DNA from: Eledone cirrhosa
Taxonomy: Eukaryota
Assembly: GCA_964016885.1 (NCBI GenBank)
Contig: OZ024763.1
Coordinates: 11,346,001 to 11,410,000 of the forward strand
DNA: 64,000 bases
Direction of reading: 5' to 3'
Shown: positions 12,789 to 25,303 of the stretch, in pieces
Layout of the letters: every line of letters begins with the position of its first letter
Numbering within the stretch: the stretch's first letter is position 1
Notes under the pieces: model-generated
What the model was told of the DNA's origin: nothing
The model's input: only the letters and a program-made list of their open reading frames with translations
The model's database searches: none
Translations under genes and position numbers: made by a program

Positions 12789-13539
12789 GTAAATTGACAA
12801 CTGTTCTTTCCTATTTCTTTAGCAATATAGCATATATATATGTGTGTATCTATCTATATATGTATGTATGTATGTATGTGTGTATAAGATGTGATAGTTT
12901 GCTTGAAGCATTGTGGAATATGAAAATAAAAAGTGTTTAGAAAGCTGTACAATGTAAGTGGGTTATATTACCAAAGTAACAAGTCAGAAGGGAATTGAGA
13001 GAGAAAACAAAAGTGGGAGAAGGAAAATAAAAGAAAAGGATTATTATTAAAACATTAGTCTGTTTCACGAGATAATGAAAGAAAGTTCATTCCTGGAAGA
13101 ATAGCTCATCAGAGTTCAATTAAATTCAAATAATTTACCTTACATGTTTTAATATAGAAGTAGAAGAAATGGTCTGACTTTGTAAGCGAGGTAGTAAATA
13201 ATGTTTAAATATAATAGGGGAAATGTTAAAATTATGGAACCTTAAAATTGTAATTAATTTTTATAAATGATAAAGTATTTAACTATAAGTAACTATAGAT
13301 ATTTCACTAATTTATCATCATACAAATGATAACACACTAGATATAGTTATTTTCATAACAATGGGAATAAAAAAGGTATATTACAGTTCATATATATGTA
13401 TATATATGTGTGTGTGTGTGTGTGTGTATATTTTATTATACCCATGCTAACGTGGAAGATGGACGTTAAACGAAGATGATGATGATGATGATGATGATGA
13501 TACATATATATATATAATTTATTGTGGAGTGTTTAGCAC

Positions 13540-14701
13540 TTATTTCAGTTCAAAGTGACTGCCATTTGTTTTCTTTACGAGTTCAATCCGTTTACAAAAT
13601 GATGTGCATGCCTTAACTATTTCTTCCTTTACCATTTTACCGAATACTCGCTTGATCGAAGCCTTCAGTGAGGACACACAGCTATAAGAAGTTGCGTTGG
13701 ATATTGCTTCAACTGTGCCCCATAGCCAAAAATTACACAGATTCAAATCTGGCAAGCTAGAGGGTCAGATATCTTTAGGAACAAACACAGGCAATTCTGT
13801 CTTCAAAAATCCTTGCATTCTTCTCAAAGAGTGGGTGGACGTGAAGTCCTGTGCAAACATGACTCTACTTGCATCGTAATGCTTCCTAATCCAAGGCAAC
13901 AAAACTTCTAAGATTTTGAGATACTCTGCTGTGTTGATTTTAAAACTTGCTTCAATAAGATGATAATGGAAGCTGGATTCTTGTTATGCATAGCTGAAGG
14001 AATTTTGGAAAGGTCGTACACAATCACTCGTGAGTTTTGTTGGTTTGCAACTTCGTCTACCACAAACTTCTTTTTATCCACCAAGACGCAGGCATGTCTG
14101 CCACAATGTTTTAAATGACTAAGAAATTTGGGACTCCTATCGGCTCGAATGGCTTTGGAGCAGGTAGTTAGGATGTTACGGTGTCTCCTCACATATGATT
14201 TCAAAGGGAAGTCTTGTCTCACAGCCCTAGAAATGGTCATTTTACTGATTCCTTGATCTTAAGCCAACTTCGCCACCAATTTTGAGGGGTTCAACTCCAT
14301 CAATCTTTTAAGTCCTGCTAAGAAGTGAGGTTCAAGTCAATCAATCTTTTAAGTCCTGCTAAGAAGTGAGGTGTGTGTTTTCAGTCACTGCAAGGACTGT
14401 GTGGCTTTCTCTGAACATCCTGGCTTTTCTTCAAATTAGCTACAACTCTAAAAACAGTAGATTTGGCATACTTTGTGGCTCTAACAATCTCCCCAGCACT
14501 TTTGCTGGTGCAGAATAATTCAGCAATTACACTTCTACAGTTTAATTCTTTATTAACATTCATAATTTATTCAATATGAAATAAGAAATAGTACAAGTGA
14601 TTATTCAAGCTGGTAATATTTAAAATTTAGTCTCCAACAAAATCTAAACAATTAGAAATATTCTCATTTGAAACTTGTCCCAATTTACCTGTTACACCCT
14701 G
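13540..14701 (-). mobile_element. Degenerate Tc1/mariner-superfamily transposon (transposase pseudogene, one TIR)
   Basis: Fragments: HTH-like MNVNKELNCRSVIAEL..KSTVFRVV, DKKKFVVDEVANQQNSRV, PDLNLCNFWLWG..ACTSFCKRIELVKKTNGSHFE. TIR CAGGGTGTAACAGGTAAATTGGGACA at 14676-14701 (minus). Stops and frameshifts present. Confidence 0.88.
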
Positions 14702-14704
14702 AAT

Positions 14705-14985
14705 ATATGTTACACTGAGGTACCACTATATATATATTATACCAAGGTACCACTGTATATATTATACCAAAGTACTGCTGTATATATGTTATACCAAGGT
14801 ACCACTGTATATATATGTTATACCAAAGTACCACTGTATATATTATACCAAGGTACCACTGTATATATTATACCAAGGTACTGCTGTATATATGTTATAC
14901 CAAGGTACCACTGTATATATATGTTATACCAAGGTACCACTATATATATGTTATACCAAGGTACCACTATATATATGTTATACAT
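14705..14985. repeat. About 26-30-bp minisatellite (ttataccaaggtaccactgtatata)
   Basis: direct inspection. Confidence 0.88.
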
Positions 14986-15013
14986 AAACCTGTACTGTCC
15001 TTCCTAATTTCAG

Positions 15014-15248
15014 AAACTTGCTGGAGAACTTGAATTGGTGACCAGCCAGAGACACCAAGCTGAAAGTCAGTTAACAGAACTGGAAATAGCAACCAAACAA
15101 CAGATTGACCAATATGTAGCACAGGTTGTGGCCATGGGAGAACAACTTCAACAGTTGGTCAGTGAGAAAGAGGAAGTGGAGAAGGAGGCTAGTTCTAAAG
15201 ATTACCAGTTTCAACTGGAACTGGAAAAAGAACGAGGTCGTCTTACAG
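15014..15248 (+). CDS. GOLGA3: GOLGA3-like exon 6
   Basis: tttcag acceptor, G|GTGAGG donor in phase 1; ends LELEKERGRLT. Confidence 0.9.
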
Positions 15249-15258
15249 GTGAGGGATG

Positions 15259-15775
15259 TCTTCTTCTTCTTTTTCTTCTTTTTCTTCTTCTTCACCCACT
15301 TATTCCAGGGAGGTCCATGGGTGCAGAGTTTCCAAGCTTGCCTTTCAGTAGGTCCTGTCAAAAGCAATCGTCTCCAATTTATCCGGCTGGATATGGCAGA
15401 TGGCTTAGTGGTTAGAGCATTGGCCTTGCAATCGGAAGGTTGTGAGTTCAATTCTCAGACCGGGTGATGTGTTGTTTCCTTGAGCAAGACACTTTATTTC
15501 ACATTGCTCCAGTTTACTCAGCTGTAGAAATGAGATGATAGGGACAGGGGTCCCTATCATTCCACGGCAAAGAAGCCCCCAGCACTCACTGTAAATGAGG
15601 TTGGTGTTAGGAAGAGCATCCAGCTGTAGAGATCAAGCCAGAATCAGTTCCCGTCCCACCCTTGCAAGCAGGGAAAAGCGGACATAAAATGAAATGATGA
15701 TGATGATGATGATGATCCCCAAGCGAGACCAGCTGAATTCATGGATGTTTCGAGACCTCTGGTGTTGCGCAGTAA
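15259..15775 (-). mobile_element. RTE (Rex3/Expander-like) LINE 3' fragment interrupted by a SINE A copy
   Basis: IHEFSWSRLGI on the minus strand resumes across the SINE; (AAG)n tail; homologous to 16150-16330. Confidence 0.65.
15395..15715 (+). mobile_element. SINE family A (tRNA head, CORE-like domain, RTE-derived tail, (GAT)n)
   Basis: A box tggcttagtgg, B box gagttcaattc, ccttgagcaagacactt domain. Confidence 0.9.
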
Positions 15776-16149
15776 TACAGGAGGCTCGACTTCCCACGGG
15801 TACAGGCCGAAGCTGAAGCATATATACAGTATGCTCCCACTCCCTCCCACTGTAAATGAGGTTGGCGTTAGGGAGGGCATCCAGCTGTAGAAGCCAAGCC
15901 AGAATCAGTTCCTGTATGAGCAAGACATGGTCACCTGACCTAGCATTGCCCACAACAAGACAACTCGTCTAACCCATGCTAGTGTGGAAAAATGGACATA
16001 AAACGGTGATGATGATGATAAAATATAACCTACTTTTAAAATTATATGGGAGCCAAGTCCAGAAAAAAGTGACAATATTGAAGTTAATCTACGTAAATTA
16101 TTAAACAATAAATTACTAACTAAAAATTATCCTAAAATAATTCAAATCC

Positions 16150-17855
16150 TCTTCGCCCACTTAGTCCGGAGGGGGTCGGGTGGGGGCAGAGTCCTCAAAC
16201 ACCCCTTCCAGTGGGTCTTGTCAGAAGCAACTGTCTCTAACTGATCTGGATGGATCCCCAAGCGAGACCAGTTGAACTCGTGGATGTAATCCAACTATTT
16301 TGCTCAAGGTCTACCCCTGGATCTCCTGTCCTTAAAATCTGTCCAGCAATTCTTTCCTCAGCCATTCTAACCACATGTCCATAGTATCAGAGCTGTGATC
16401 TCTCAATTCAGAGAAGTAGTGGCTCTACCTGGAGTGTCTCCCTGATCTCCGAGCTACAAATCTATCCAGTGATTCTTTCCTGAGACATTCTAACCACATG
16501 TCCATAGTATCAGAGTTGTGATCTCTCAATTCAGAGAAGTAGTGGCTCTACCTGGAGTGTCTCCCTGATCTCCGAGCTACAAATCTATCCAGTGATTCTT
16601 TCCTCAGACATTCTAACCACATGTCCATAGTATCAGAGCTGTGATCTCTCAATTCAGAGAAGTAGTGGCTCTACCTGGAGTGTCTCCCTGATCTCCGAGC
16701 TACAAATCTATCCAGTGATTCTTTCCTGAGACATTCTAACCACATGTCCATAGTATCAGAGTTGTGATCTCTCAATTCAGAGAAGTAGTGGCTCTACCTG
16801 GAGTGTCTCCCTGATCTCCGAGCTACAAATCTATCCAGTGATTCTTTCCTGAGACATTCTAACCACATGTCCATAGTATCAGAGCTGTGATCTCTCAATT
16901 CAGAGAAGTAGTGGCTCTACCTGGAGTGTCTCCCTGATCTCCGAGCTACAAATCTGTCCAGTGATTCTTTCCTGAGACATTCTAACCACATGTCCATAGT
17001 ATCAGAGCTGTGATCTCTCAATTCAGAGAAGTAGTGGCTCTACCTGGAGTGTCTCCCTGATCTCCGAGCTACAAATCTGTCCAGTGATTCTTTCCTGAGA
17101 CATTCTAACCACATGTCCATAGTATCAGAGTTGTGATCTCTCAATTCAGAGAAGTAGTGGCTCTACCTGGAGTGTCTCCCTGATCTCCGAGCTACAAATC
17201 TATCCAGTGATTCTTTCCTGAGACATTCTAACCACATGTCCATAGTATCAGAGCTGTGATCTCTCAATTCAGAGAAGTAGTGGCTCTACCTGGAGTGTCT
17301 CCCTGATCTCCGAGCTACAAATCTGTCCAGTGATTCTTTCCTCAGCCATTCTAACCACATGTCCATAGTATCAGAGTTGTGATCTCTCAATTCAGAGAAG
17401 TAGTGGCTCTACCTGGAGTGTCTCCCTGATCTCCGAGCTACAAATCTATCCAGTGATTCTTTCCTGAGACATTCTAACCACATGTCCATAGTATCAGAGT
17501 TGTGATCTCTCAATTCAGAGAAGTAGTGGCTCTACCTGGAGTGTCTCCCTGATCTCCGAGCTACAAATCTGTCCAGTGATTCTTTCCTGAGACATTCTAA
17601 CCACATGTCCATAGTATCAGAGCTGTGATCTCTCAATTCAGAGAAGTAGTGGCTCTACCTGGAGTGTCTCCCTGATCTCCGAGCTACAAATCTGTCCAGT
17701 GATTCTTTCCTGAGACATTCTAACCACATGTCCATAGTATCAGAGCTGTGATCTCTCAATTCAGAGAAGTAGCGGCTCTACCTGGAGTGACTCTCTCATC
17801 TCTTAGCTAGACACTCGATCAAGTAAATTACACCAAAGACCTTTAGGAGGGACCC
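16150..17855 (-). mobile_element. RTE (Rex3/Expander-like) LINE fragment containing a 123-bp tandem array
   Basis: Minus strand reads SSEIRETLQVEPLLL*IERSQL*YYGHVVRM...RGRP..WSRLGI. Confidence 0.82.
16336..17790. repeat. 123-bp minisatellite, 12 copies
   Basis: cattctaaccacatg at 16363, 16486, 16609 ... 17716. Confidence 0.97.
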
Positions 17856-18243
17856 CAGACTGGTAAGGAATGTCAAGATTAAATATTTTTAGCCAGGATT
17901 GGTGGGGGAAGGGGGTCATTTGTTATTTTTTCTTTGCTACTTTTAGTCTTCTATTATAACTACAGTGTTACTTGTCATAGGACAGGTAACCCTGGGAGTA
18001 TAGCTTTACCATCAGACACTGTTACAAAGTAAAATATGTATAGAATTTCATGTTTATTTATATATTATATTATATTAAATATGTTGTACTTTGCATGATA
18101 TATATATATATATATTGGAAAATGTGTGAGATCCTTGGTACTGTTAGGTATATTTGAAAAAAATGAAAAGAATGATTTCACTTTCCTATTACCCACTCTA
18201 CTACCCTAAGTATTGAGTACTCTGGTGCATTATATATATATTT

Positions 18244-18496
18244 ATCGTGTAGGTGTCACGACAAAAAAACACAAAGTCCACGCTGTAATGTGGCCATGTA
18301 GGCAACACGGTAAAAACCTCCCAGTCCACACTGTAAATGTGGTTGGTGTTAGGAAGGGCATCCAGCCGTAGAAAACCCGCCAGACAGTCCTATGCGAGCA
18401 AGACAACCACTCTTGCCTCAAGTGGGAAAACTCCTGTCCAAACCCATGCAAGCGTGGAACATGGACGTTAAACGATGATGATGATGATGATGATGA
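18244..18496 (+). mobile_element. 3'-UTR-only copy of the RTE LINE at 35724-37466
   Basis: Reverse-complement match to 35724-35980, (GAT)n tail. Confidence 0.8.
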
Positions 18497-18575
18497 TTTA
18501 TATATTCATTTATTATGGGTAACTTGTGAAACTCCAGAGTAACAAACCTCACCTCTTAGCCATAAGGTGTCAGGA

Positions 18576-19260
18576 AGTCCTGTACCATAGAACCAGGGGT
18601 GGTGTCAGTCTTGTACTATAGAACCAGGGGTGGTGTCAGTCCTGTACTATAGAACCAGGGGTGGTGTCAGTCCTGTACCATAGAACCAGGGGTGGTGTCA
18701 GTCCTGTACTACATAACCAGGGGTGGTGTCAGTCTTGTACTATAGAACCAGGGGTGGTGCCAGTCTTGTACTACATAACCAGGGGTGGTGTCAGTCTTGT
18801 ACTATAGAACCAGGGGTGGTGCCAGTCTTGTACTATAGAACCAGGGGTGGTGTCAGTCTTGTACTATAGAACCAGGGGTGGTGCCAGTCCTGTACTATAG
18901 AAACAGGGGTGGTGTCAGTCTTGTACTATAGAACCAGGGGTGGTGTCAGTCCTGTACTATAGAACCAGGGGTGGTGTCAGTCCTGTACAATAGAACCAGG
19001 GGTGGTGTCAGTCCTGTACAATAGAACCAGGGGTGGTGTCAGTCCTGTACCATAGAACCAGGGGTGGTGTCAGTCCTGTACCATAGAACCAGGGGTGGTG
19101 TCACTCTTGTACTATAGAACCAGGGGTGGTGTCAGTCTTGTACTATAGGGCTAGGGTTGGTGTCAGTCCTGTACTATAGAACCAGGGGTGGTGTCAGTCT
19201 TGTACTATAGGGCTAGGGTTGGTGTCAGTCCTGTACTGTAGAACCAGGGGTGGTGCCAGT
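18576..19260. repeat. 31-bp minisatellite, about 22 copies
   Basis: unit agtcctgtactatagaaccaggggtggtgtc. Confidence 0.95.
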
Positions 19261-19318
19261 CAGTTAGGTACCAAAAGAGTTAATGTATTTTCTTGTGTGT
19301 TTCTGTTGCTGTGTGAAG

Positions 19319-19533
19319 GTTTACAACAAAGCAACGCAACGTTGAAGAACCACGTAGCTGAACTGGAAGAGGCTCTGGCACGTCGGGAGTCGTCACTCAT
19401 TGAACTACAAACCCAGTTCAGTGAAAACCTCAAAGATCAAGATTGTAATGATTCTGACTTCAGTAACAAGTTGCAGGAATTTGAGCAGATGCTGGCCCTG
19501 GAGAAGACTAATCAACGGGAGCTAAGGAAACAG
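19319..19533 (+). CDS. GOLGA3: GOLGA3-like exon 7
   Basis: aag acceptor in phase 1 restores GLQQSNATLKNH; CAG|GTAAGT donor. Confidence 0.88.
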
Positions 19534-19567
19534 GTAAGTCTTTATTCATTACCTTACTGATGAGTTG

Positions 19568-20276
19568 AGTTTAATACTGTAGTTTGTTGTAGGTTTAATA
19601 CTGTAGTTTGGTGTAGGTTTAATACTGTAGTTTGGTGTTGGTTTAATACTGTAGTTTGGTGTTGGTTTAATACTGTAGTTTGGTGTAGGTTTAATACTGT
19701 AGTTTGGTGTAGGTTTAATACTGTAGTCTGGTGTAGGTTTAATACTGTAGTCTGGTGTAGGTTTAATACTGTAGTCTGGTGTATGTTTAATACTGTAGTT
19801 TGGTGTTGGTTTCATACTGTAGTTTGGTGTAGGTTTAATACTGTAGTTTGGTGTAGGTTTAATACTGTAGTTTATTGTAGGTTTAATACTGTAGTTTGGT
19901 GTTGGTTTAATACTGTAGTTTGGTGTAGGTTTAATACTGTAGTTTATTGTAGGTTTAATACTGTAGTTTATTGTAGGTTTAATACTGTAGTTTGGTGTTG
20001 GTTTAATACTGTAGTTTGGTGTAGGTTTAATACTGTAGTTTGGTTTAATACTGTAGTTTATTGTAGGTTTAATACTGTAGTTTGGTGTAGGTTTAATACT
20101 ATAGTTTGGTGTAGGTTTAATACTGTAGTTTGGTCTAATACTATAGTTTGGTGTAGGTTTAATACTGTAGCTTGGTGTAGGTTTAATACTATAGTTTGGT
20201 GTAGGTTTAATACTGTAGTTTAGTGTAGGTTTAATACTGTAGTTTGGTTTAATACTGTAGTTTGGTGTAGGGTTAA
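19568..20276. repeat. 24-bp minisatellite with 18-bp variants
   Basis: unit tttaatactgtagtttggtgtagg. Confidence 0.95.
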
Positions 20277-20836
20277 TAATGACTGACAAGCTTTCCAGTG
20301 CCAGGGATCTACAGAATAAATAAACCCAATACACTCTGTAAAGTAGTTGCTGTTAGGAAGGACATTCAGCCATTGAGTACTTGCCAATCAATGGAGTAGG
20401 AGGTACCTTCAGTTGTGCCAATGGCATAACAACCTCCTTAGTGCTGGAGCCATGAAAAAATGCATATCACTTTACAGAAAGTACTGGGTGTACTTTGTCA
20501 TGGCACCAGCACAACCATTTTATAGAATATACTGGTTGTACTTAGTCATGGTACCAACAGAGTGTACTGGGTGTATTTTATCATGGCAACAGCATTACCA
20601 CTTTACGGAGTGTACTGGGTGTATTTTATCATGGCAGCAGCACTATCACTTTACAGAATGTACTGGGTGTATTTTATCATAGCAGTAGCACTACCACTTT
20701 ACAGAGAGTACTGGGTGTATATTATCGTAGCAGCAGCACTACCACTTTACAGAGTGTACTGGGTGTATTTTATCATAGTATCAGTATTATCTACATTGAT
20801 GTGTGTACTTAAATCTTATCTGTCGTGATATTCCAG

Positions 20837-21115
20837 ATAGGTGTGAAAATTAAGGAGAATAAACACATGAAGCGGCAACACAAGGCTCTGGTAGGGGAAC
20901 ATGAACAACTGCAGGTGAACTTTGAACAGAAAACATTACAGTGTGATGCAGCTGCTGGGGAACTGCAGAAGAAGAAGGAAGAGATTTCTCAGGTGCACTC
21001 AAATCTGCAAACTGTGCAGCACACTAACCAAACCCTAAACGCTCAAATTGAGCGCTTGCAACGGAACCTCTCTGACAATCAAGACCGCAACCCAGTTATA
21101 CTGGAACAACTAGAG
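20837..21115 (+). CDS. GOLGA3: GOLGA3-like exon 8
   Basis: ttccag acceptor, GAG|GTAAGT donor. Confidence 0.88.
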
Positions 21116-21282
21116 GTAAGTGCTTTGATTGTTTTTTTAGGGGATTATGGGTGAAGCCATTTGTTTGTAAATTGTAAAAAGGTGGAGACACAATATAGCT
21201 AAATGGTTAAGAAGTCCACTTCACAACCGTTAGGTCCTAGGTTCAATCCCACAGTGTGATATCTTAGACAAGTGTTATTTAC

Positions 21283-21470
21283 TGGTTTGGCAGTATCGGT
21301 GGAGAGTCGGACACCATGCTTTGCAGCATAGAGTTACGGTCCTTTATCGTGTGAGTTCAAATCCCGCCGAGGTTAACTTTGCCTTTCATCCTTACGGGGT
21401 CGATAAAATAAAGTACCAGTAATGTACTGGGGTAATTGCTGGCCTTGTGCCTAAAGTAGAAACAGTTATT
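21283..21470 (+). mobile_element. SINE family B
   Basis: homologous to 30984-31171. Confidence 0.85.
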
Positions 21471-21955
21471 TACTATAACTTCAGGTCAACCTGTGTCTTG
21501 TGAGTGGAATTGGGTAGACAGAGACTGTTTGGAAGCCTGTCAGATGGACTGTACCTGTAATTCAAAAGGACAGTCGTGTCACACACTGTAGCCCACTGAA
21601 TCTCCCTGAGAATTACATTAAGTGTACATGTGTCTGTGGAATACTCAGCTACTAACAATGTAATACAAGATGGACTGTACCTGTAATTCACAGGGTCAGT
21701 TTTGTCACACACTGGCATACTGAATCTCCCTGAGAGTGTGTTGTGATCATATGTCTGTAGAATGCTCAGCCACATACATGTTAATATTATGAGCAGTCTC
21801 ACATCTCTCTCTCTGACCAGTCAGACGACATCTCTCTCTCTCTCTCTCTCTCTGACCAGTCAGACCACATCATTCTCTCTGACCAGTCAGACACATCATT
21901 CTCTCTGACCAGTTTTAGCCACCTTGACCCCCGCTGTTTCTATGTTATTCTACAG

Positions 21956-22072
21956 AGTTTACAGTGGAAACTCCAACAGAAGAACTCGGAAGTTGATTCT
22001 GTCCATCAACAACTGACATTGGCTGAGGACCGACAACACCTTCAACTGGAGAATCTCAACAAGACCTTACAG
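21956..22072 (+). CDS. GOLGA3: GOLGA3-like exon 9 (SLQWKLQQKNSEV...KTLQ)
   Basis: tctacag acceptor, CAG|GTAACT donor; not in the ORF track, translated by hand. Confidence 0.88.
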
Positions 22073-22355
22073 GTAACTACTCTGATAACTTTGATGTTGT
22101 AATTACAGGTAACTACTCTGATAACTTTGATGTTGTAATTACAGGTAACTACTCTGATAACTTTGATGTTGTAATTACAGGTAACTACTCTGATAACTTT
22201 GATGTTGTAATTACAGGTAACAACTGATGTTGTAATTACAGGTAACTTCTCTGATAACTTTGATGTTGTAATTACAGGTAACAACTGATGTAATTACAGG
22301 TAACAACTGATGTTGTAATTACAGGTAACAACTGTGGTTACTTTGATGTTGTAAA
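22067..22355 (+). repeat. 36-bp tandem repeat that includes the exon 9 splice donor
   Basis: TTACAGGTAAC occurs 9 times. Confidence 0.92.
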
Positions 22356-22387
22356 TGCATTGTTCTACCTTTCACCAGCCATAAACT

Positions 22388-23010
22388 CCCTGTAAAAGAG
22401 GCCATAAGTGCTACCTTTTCTCCCGTCAGTCACTGAGAATCTGTAAAGGGTTCAATGCTACCCTTACTCCCACCAGTCAGTGAGGCCCTGTAAAAGGGGC
22501 CATCAGCGCTACCTTTTCTCCCACCAGTCACTCAGGCCCTGTGAAAAGGACCATAAGTGCTACCTCTTCTCCCACCAGTCACTAAGATCCTGTAAAAGGG
22601 GCCATCAGTGCTATCTTCTCTCCCACCATCAGTGAGGCCCTTTAAAAGGGGCCATCAGTTCTACCCTTACTCCCACCAGTCACTGAGGCCGTTTAAAAGG
22701 GGCCATTAGTGCTACCCTTACTCTCACCAGTCACTAAGATCCTGTAAAAGGGGCCATCAGTGCTACCTTTTCTCCCATCAATTACTGAAACCCCTGTAAA
22801 AGGGGCCATAAGTGCTACCTTCTCTCCCACCATCACTGAGACCCTTTCAAAGGGGCCATCAGTTCTACCCTTACTCCCACCAGTCACTGAAGCCCTTTAA
22901 AAGGAGCCATTAGTGCTACCCTTACTCTCACCAGTCACTGAGGCTCTGTAAAAGGGGCCATCAGTGCTACCTTTTCTCCCACCAATCACTGAGGCCCTGT
23001 AAAGGGGGCC
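22388..23010. repeat. About 51-bp diverged minisatellite, about 12 copies
   Basis: ctgtaaaaggggccatcagtgctacccttactcccaccagtcactgaggcc. Confidence 0.88.
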
Positions 23011-23082
23011 TGAAGAGTGTTATAGGCTGCACCCTTCCATGTCTGACTAAAAACTTACTAAAAATGTTTTCTCTTATCTCAG

Positions 23083-23208
23083 AACACAGTAGAGGAGGTT
23101 GAGGGTCTCCGCAGTGAACTGAATGCTTCACGACAAGAGAAGATGAAACAACAGGCTAAAGTGGCTGAACTAAGGAGTGCCCTTAAGGCTTCCATACATC
23201 AACACAAG
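23083..23208 (+). CDS. GOLGA3: GOLGA3-like exon 10 (NTVEEVEGL...QAKVAELRSALKASIHQHK)
   Basis: tctcag acceptor, AAG|GTGAGA donor; translated by hand. Confidence 0.88.
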
Positions 23209-23480
23209 GTGAGATAACTCTGTTAGTCTTCTTGATATTGCTTTTTTTTTTTTTTTTTTTTTTTGTCTTTGACATTATCATCAACATTGTTGTTGTTGTT
23301 GTCATTGACATTGTTGATGTTTGGCCCCAGCTCAATCCGAATCCAGTAGACCTTTCATGTAAAGTCATTCCTGACATGTCCATCCCATAAGAATATGTCT
23401 GTGATCACATGTCATGTTTTTAAGAATAGCAAGTGTAATTTGAGGACAATTTGACCGCTATCTCTGACAAAGCTTTCTTA

Positions 23481-23740
23481 AATCATTCGGCAGCTTCAGC
23501 CGATATCGATTCAACAATTGATCTCCACGTGGATCTGTCGTTCATTGCTGCTGCCAAGTCCTGGATTTCAATACCAGAATCTCTGGAGATGACATCGGGG
23601 TAGGAGAGCTTGTGTCCCCTGTGATTACTGACTGCTTGTGGTTTCTAAAGCACTAATGGGGACACAGCCTCAGAGGTGGCACGATGGCAGTGGCCAGCAA
23701 ATTTTACCCTCTTTTTACGTACAATGACAGATATGCATTG
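23481..23740 (-). mobile_element. RTE/RTE-X-like LINE 3' fragment
   Basis: Reverse-complement homologue of 10140-10375. Confidence 0.75.
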
Positions 23741-23984
23741 AAGGAATGTTATTTATTTTGAGAACAATACGTTAACATCAGTATGAGTAGCAAGTTTCAG
23801 CCAGTTTGAACAGAAAGAGGTGAGAGAATTCTGGTCAGATACGGCCAGTTTAAATGCTAAAGGGTTAAATTTGTAACTCTATTTTTGGTATTGTTGTTTG
23901 GGGTGTTTTAATGTTTTATTTTATTTTATTTTGTTTTGTTTCATTTTCCTTGGTCGATCCTTAAATCTGTTCACTTGGGGTCAG

Positions 23985-24268
23985 ATCTCGAAAAAAGTCT
24001 CGTCAAAATTAAAAGGCTCTCCCAAGAAAAGTGTAGCAGCGAATGAAAGAACAGCGAAAATATCTAAAGAAGATACGAAAGAGGAAGCAGAAGAATCACA
24101 AGAGTGTGTGAGAGAGGAGGAGACGCCCCCGCCAAACTGTCGACATGTTGGGACACAGATGGATGAAGATATCAAGGAGACGGCGTCGATGGTGATTGGT
24201 GAACCGTTTGATATAGAAGCACTGGAACAGCTATTGCAGGACACTACATTCCAAGCTCTGGAGAGCAA
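23985..24268 (+). CDS. GOLGA3: GOLGA3-like exon 11
   Basis: tcag acceptor with a weak pyrimidine tract, AA|GTAAGT donor in phase 2. Confidence 0.8.
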
Positions 24269-24294
24269 GTAAGTACATCACACCACCGTACTCT

Positions 24295-24467
24295 TTATAT
24301 ACACTACTGTTGTATATATATATATACTACTGTTGTATATATATATATATATATATATGCACTACTGTTGTATATATATATATATATTACTGTTGTATAT
24401 ATGTATGTATATATATATATATATATATATATACTGTTGTATATATATATATATATATATATACTGT

Positions 24468-24502
<35 letters not shown>

Positions 24503-25045
24503 TGTTGTATGTATATATACACTACTGTTATATATATATATACACTACTGTTGTATGTATATATATATACACTACTGTTGTATATATATATATATACACA
24601 CCACAGTCACATACACCACTGTTATACATACATATACACCACACCTCTCCATCACACCCTCCCCTCCATCACACACACCTCCATCACACATCCCCTCCAC
24701 CCCTCGATCACCCCCACCCCCTCTATCACACACACCTCCATCACACACACACCCCTCCACCACACACCCCTCCATCACACACCCCTCCACCACACACCCC
24801 TCCATTACACACCCCTCCACCACACACCCCTCCATCACCCCCACCCCCTCCACCACACACCCCTCCATCACACACCCCTCCACCACACACCCCTCCATCA
24901 CACACCCCTCCACCACACACCCCTCCACCACACACCCCTCCATCACACACCCCTCCACCACACCACCCTCCATCATCCCCCCCTCCACCACACACCCCTC
25001 CATCACACCCCCCTCCACCACACACCCCTCCACCACACACACTAC
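24295..25045. repeat. Compound (TA)n/actactgttg and ccaccacacacccct low-complexity arrays
   Basis: direct inspection. Confidence 0.9.
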
Positions 25046-25165
25046 AGTTATTTCTATTTACCCTCCAACCCACCTCATGGTATCCTCCCAACAAAACACT
25101 GTTTTCTATATTAAACTATTTCTATTCCGCAACTTGCTGAAATGTGAATATTTTCCCCGTGACAG

Positions 25166-25279
25166 GCCATTGGATGACCTACAGTCCTGCCTGAGTAGTC
25201 TCCGAGCTCAAATCTCCGGACTAGAGAAGCAGATCGACGATCATTCAGCAGCCATCCAGAACTCTGGGGAAACGTGGAG
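25166..25279 (+). CDS. GOLGA3: GOLGA3-like exon 12 (PLDDLQSCLSSLRAQISGLEKQIDDH)
   Basis: gacag acceptor in phase 2, AG|GTTAGT donor in phase 2. Confidence 0.88.
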
Positions 25280-25303
25280 GTTAGTTACATTTCTAGCTTT
25301 GTC

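Noticed and set aside
20837-20840. Alternative acceptor CAGATAG
   Set aside because: The second AG shifts the frame by 4 nt; no evidence of use.
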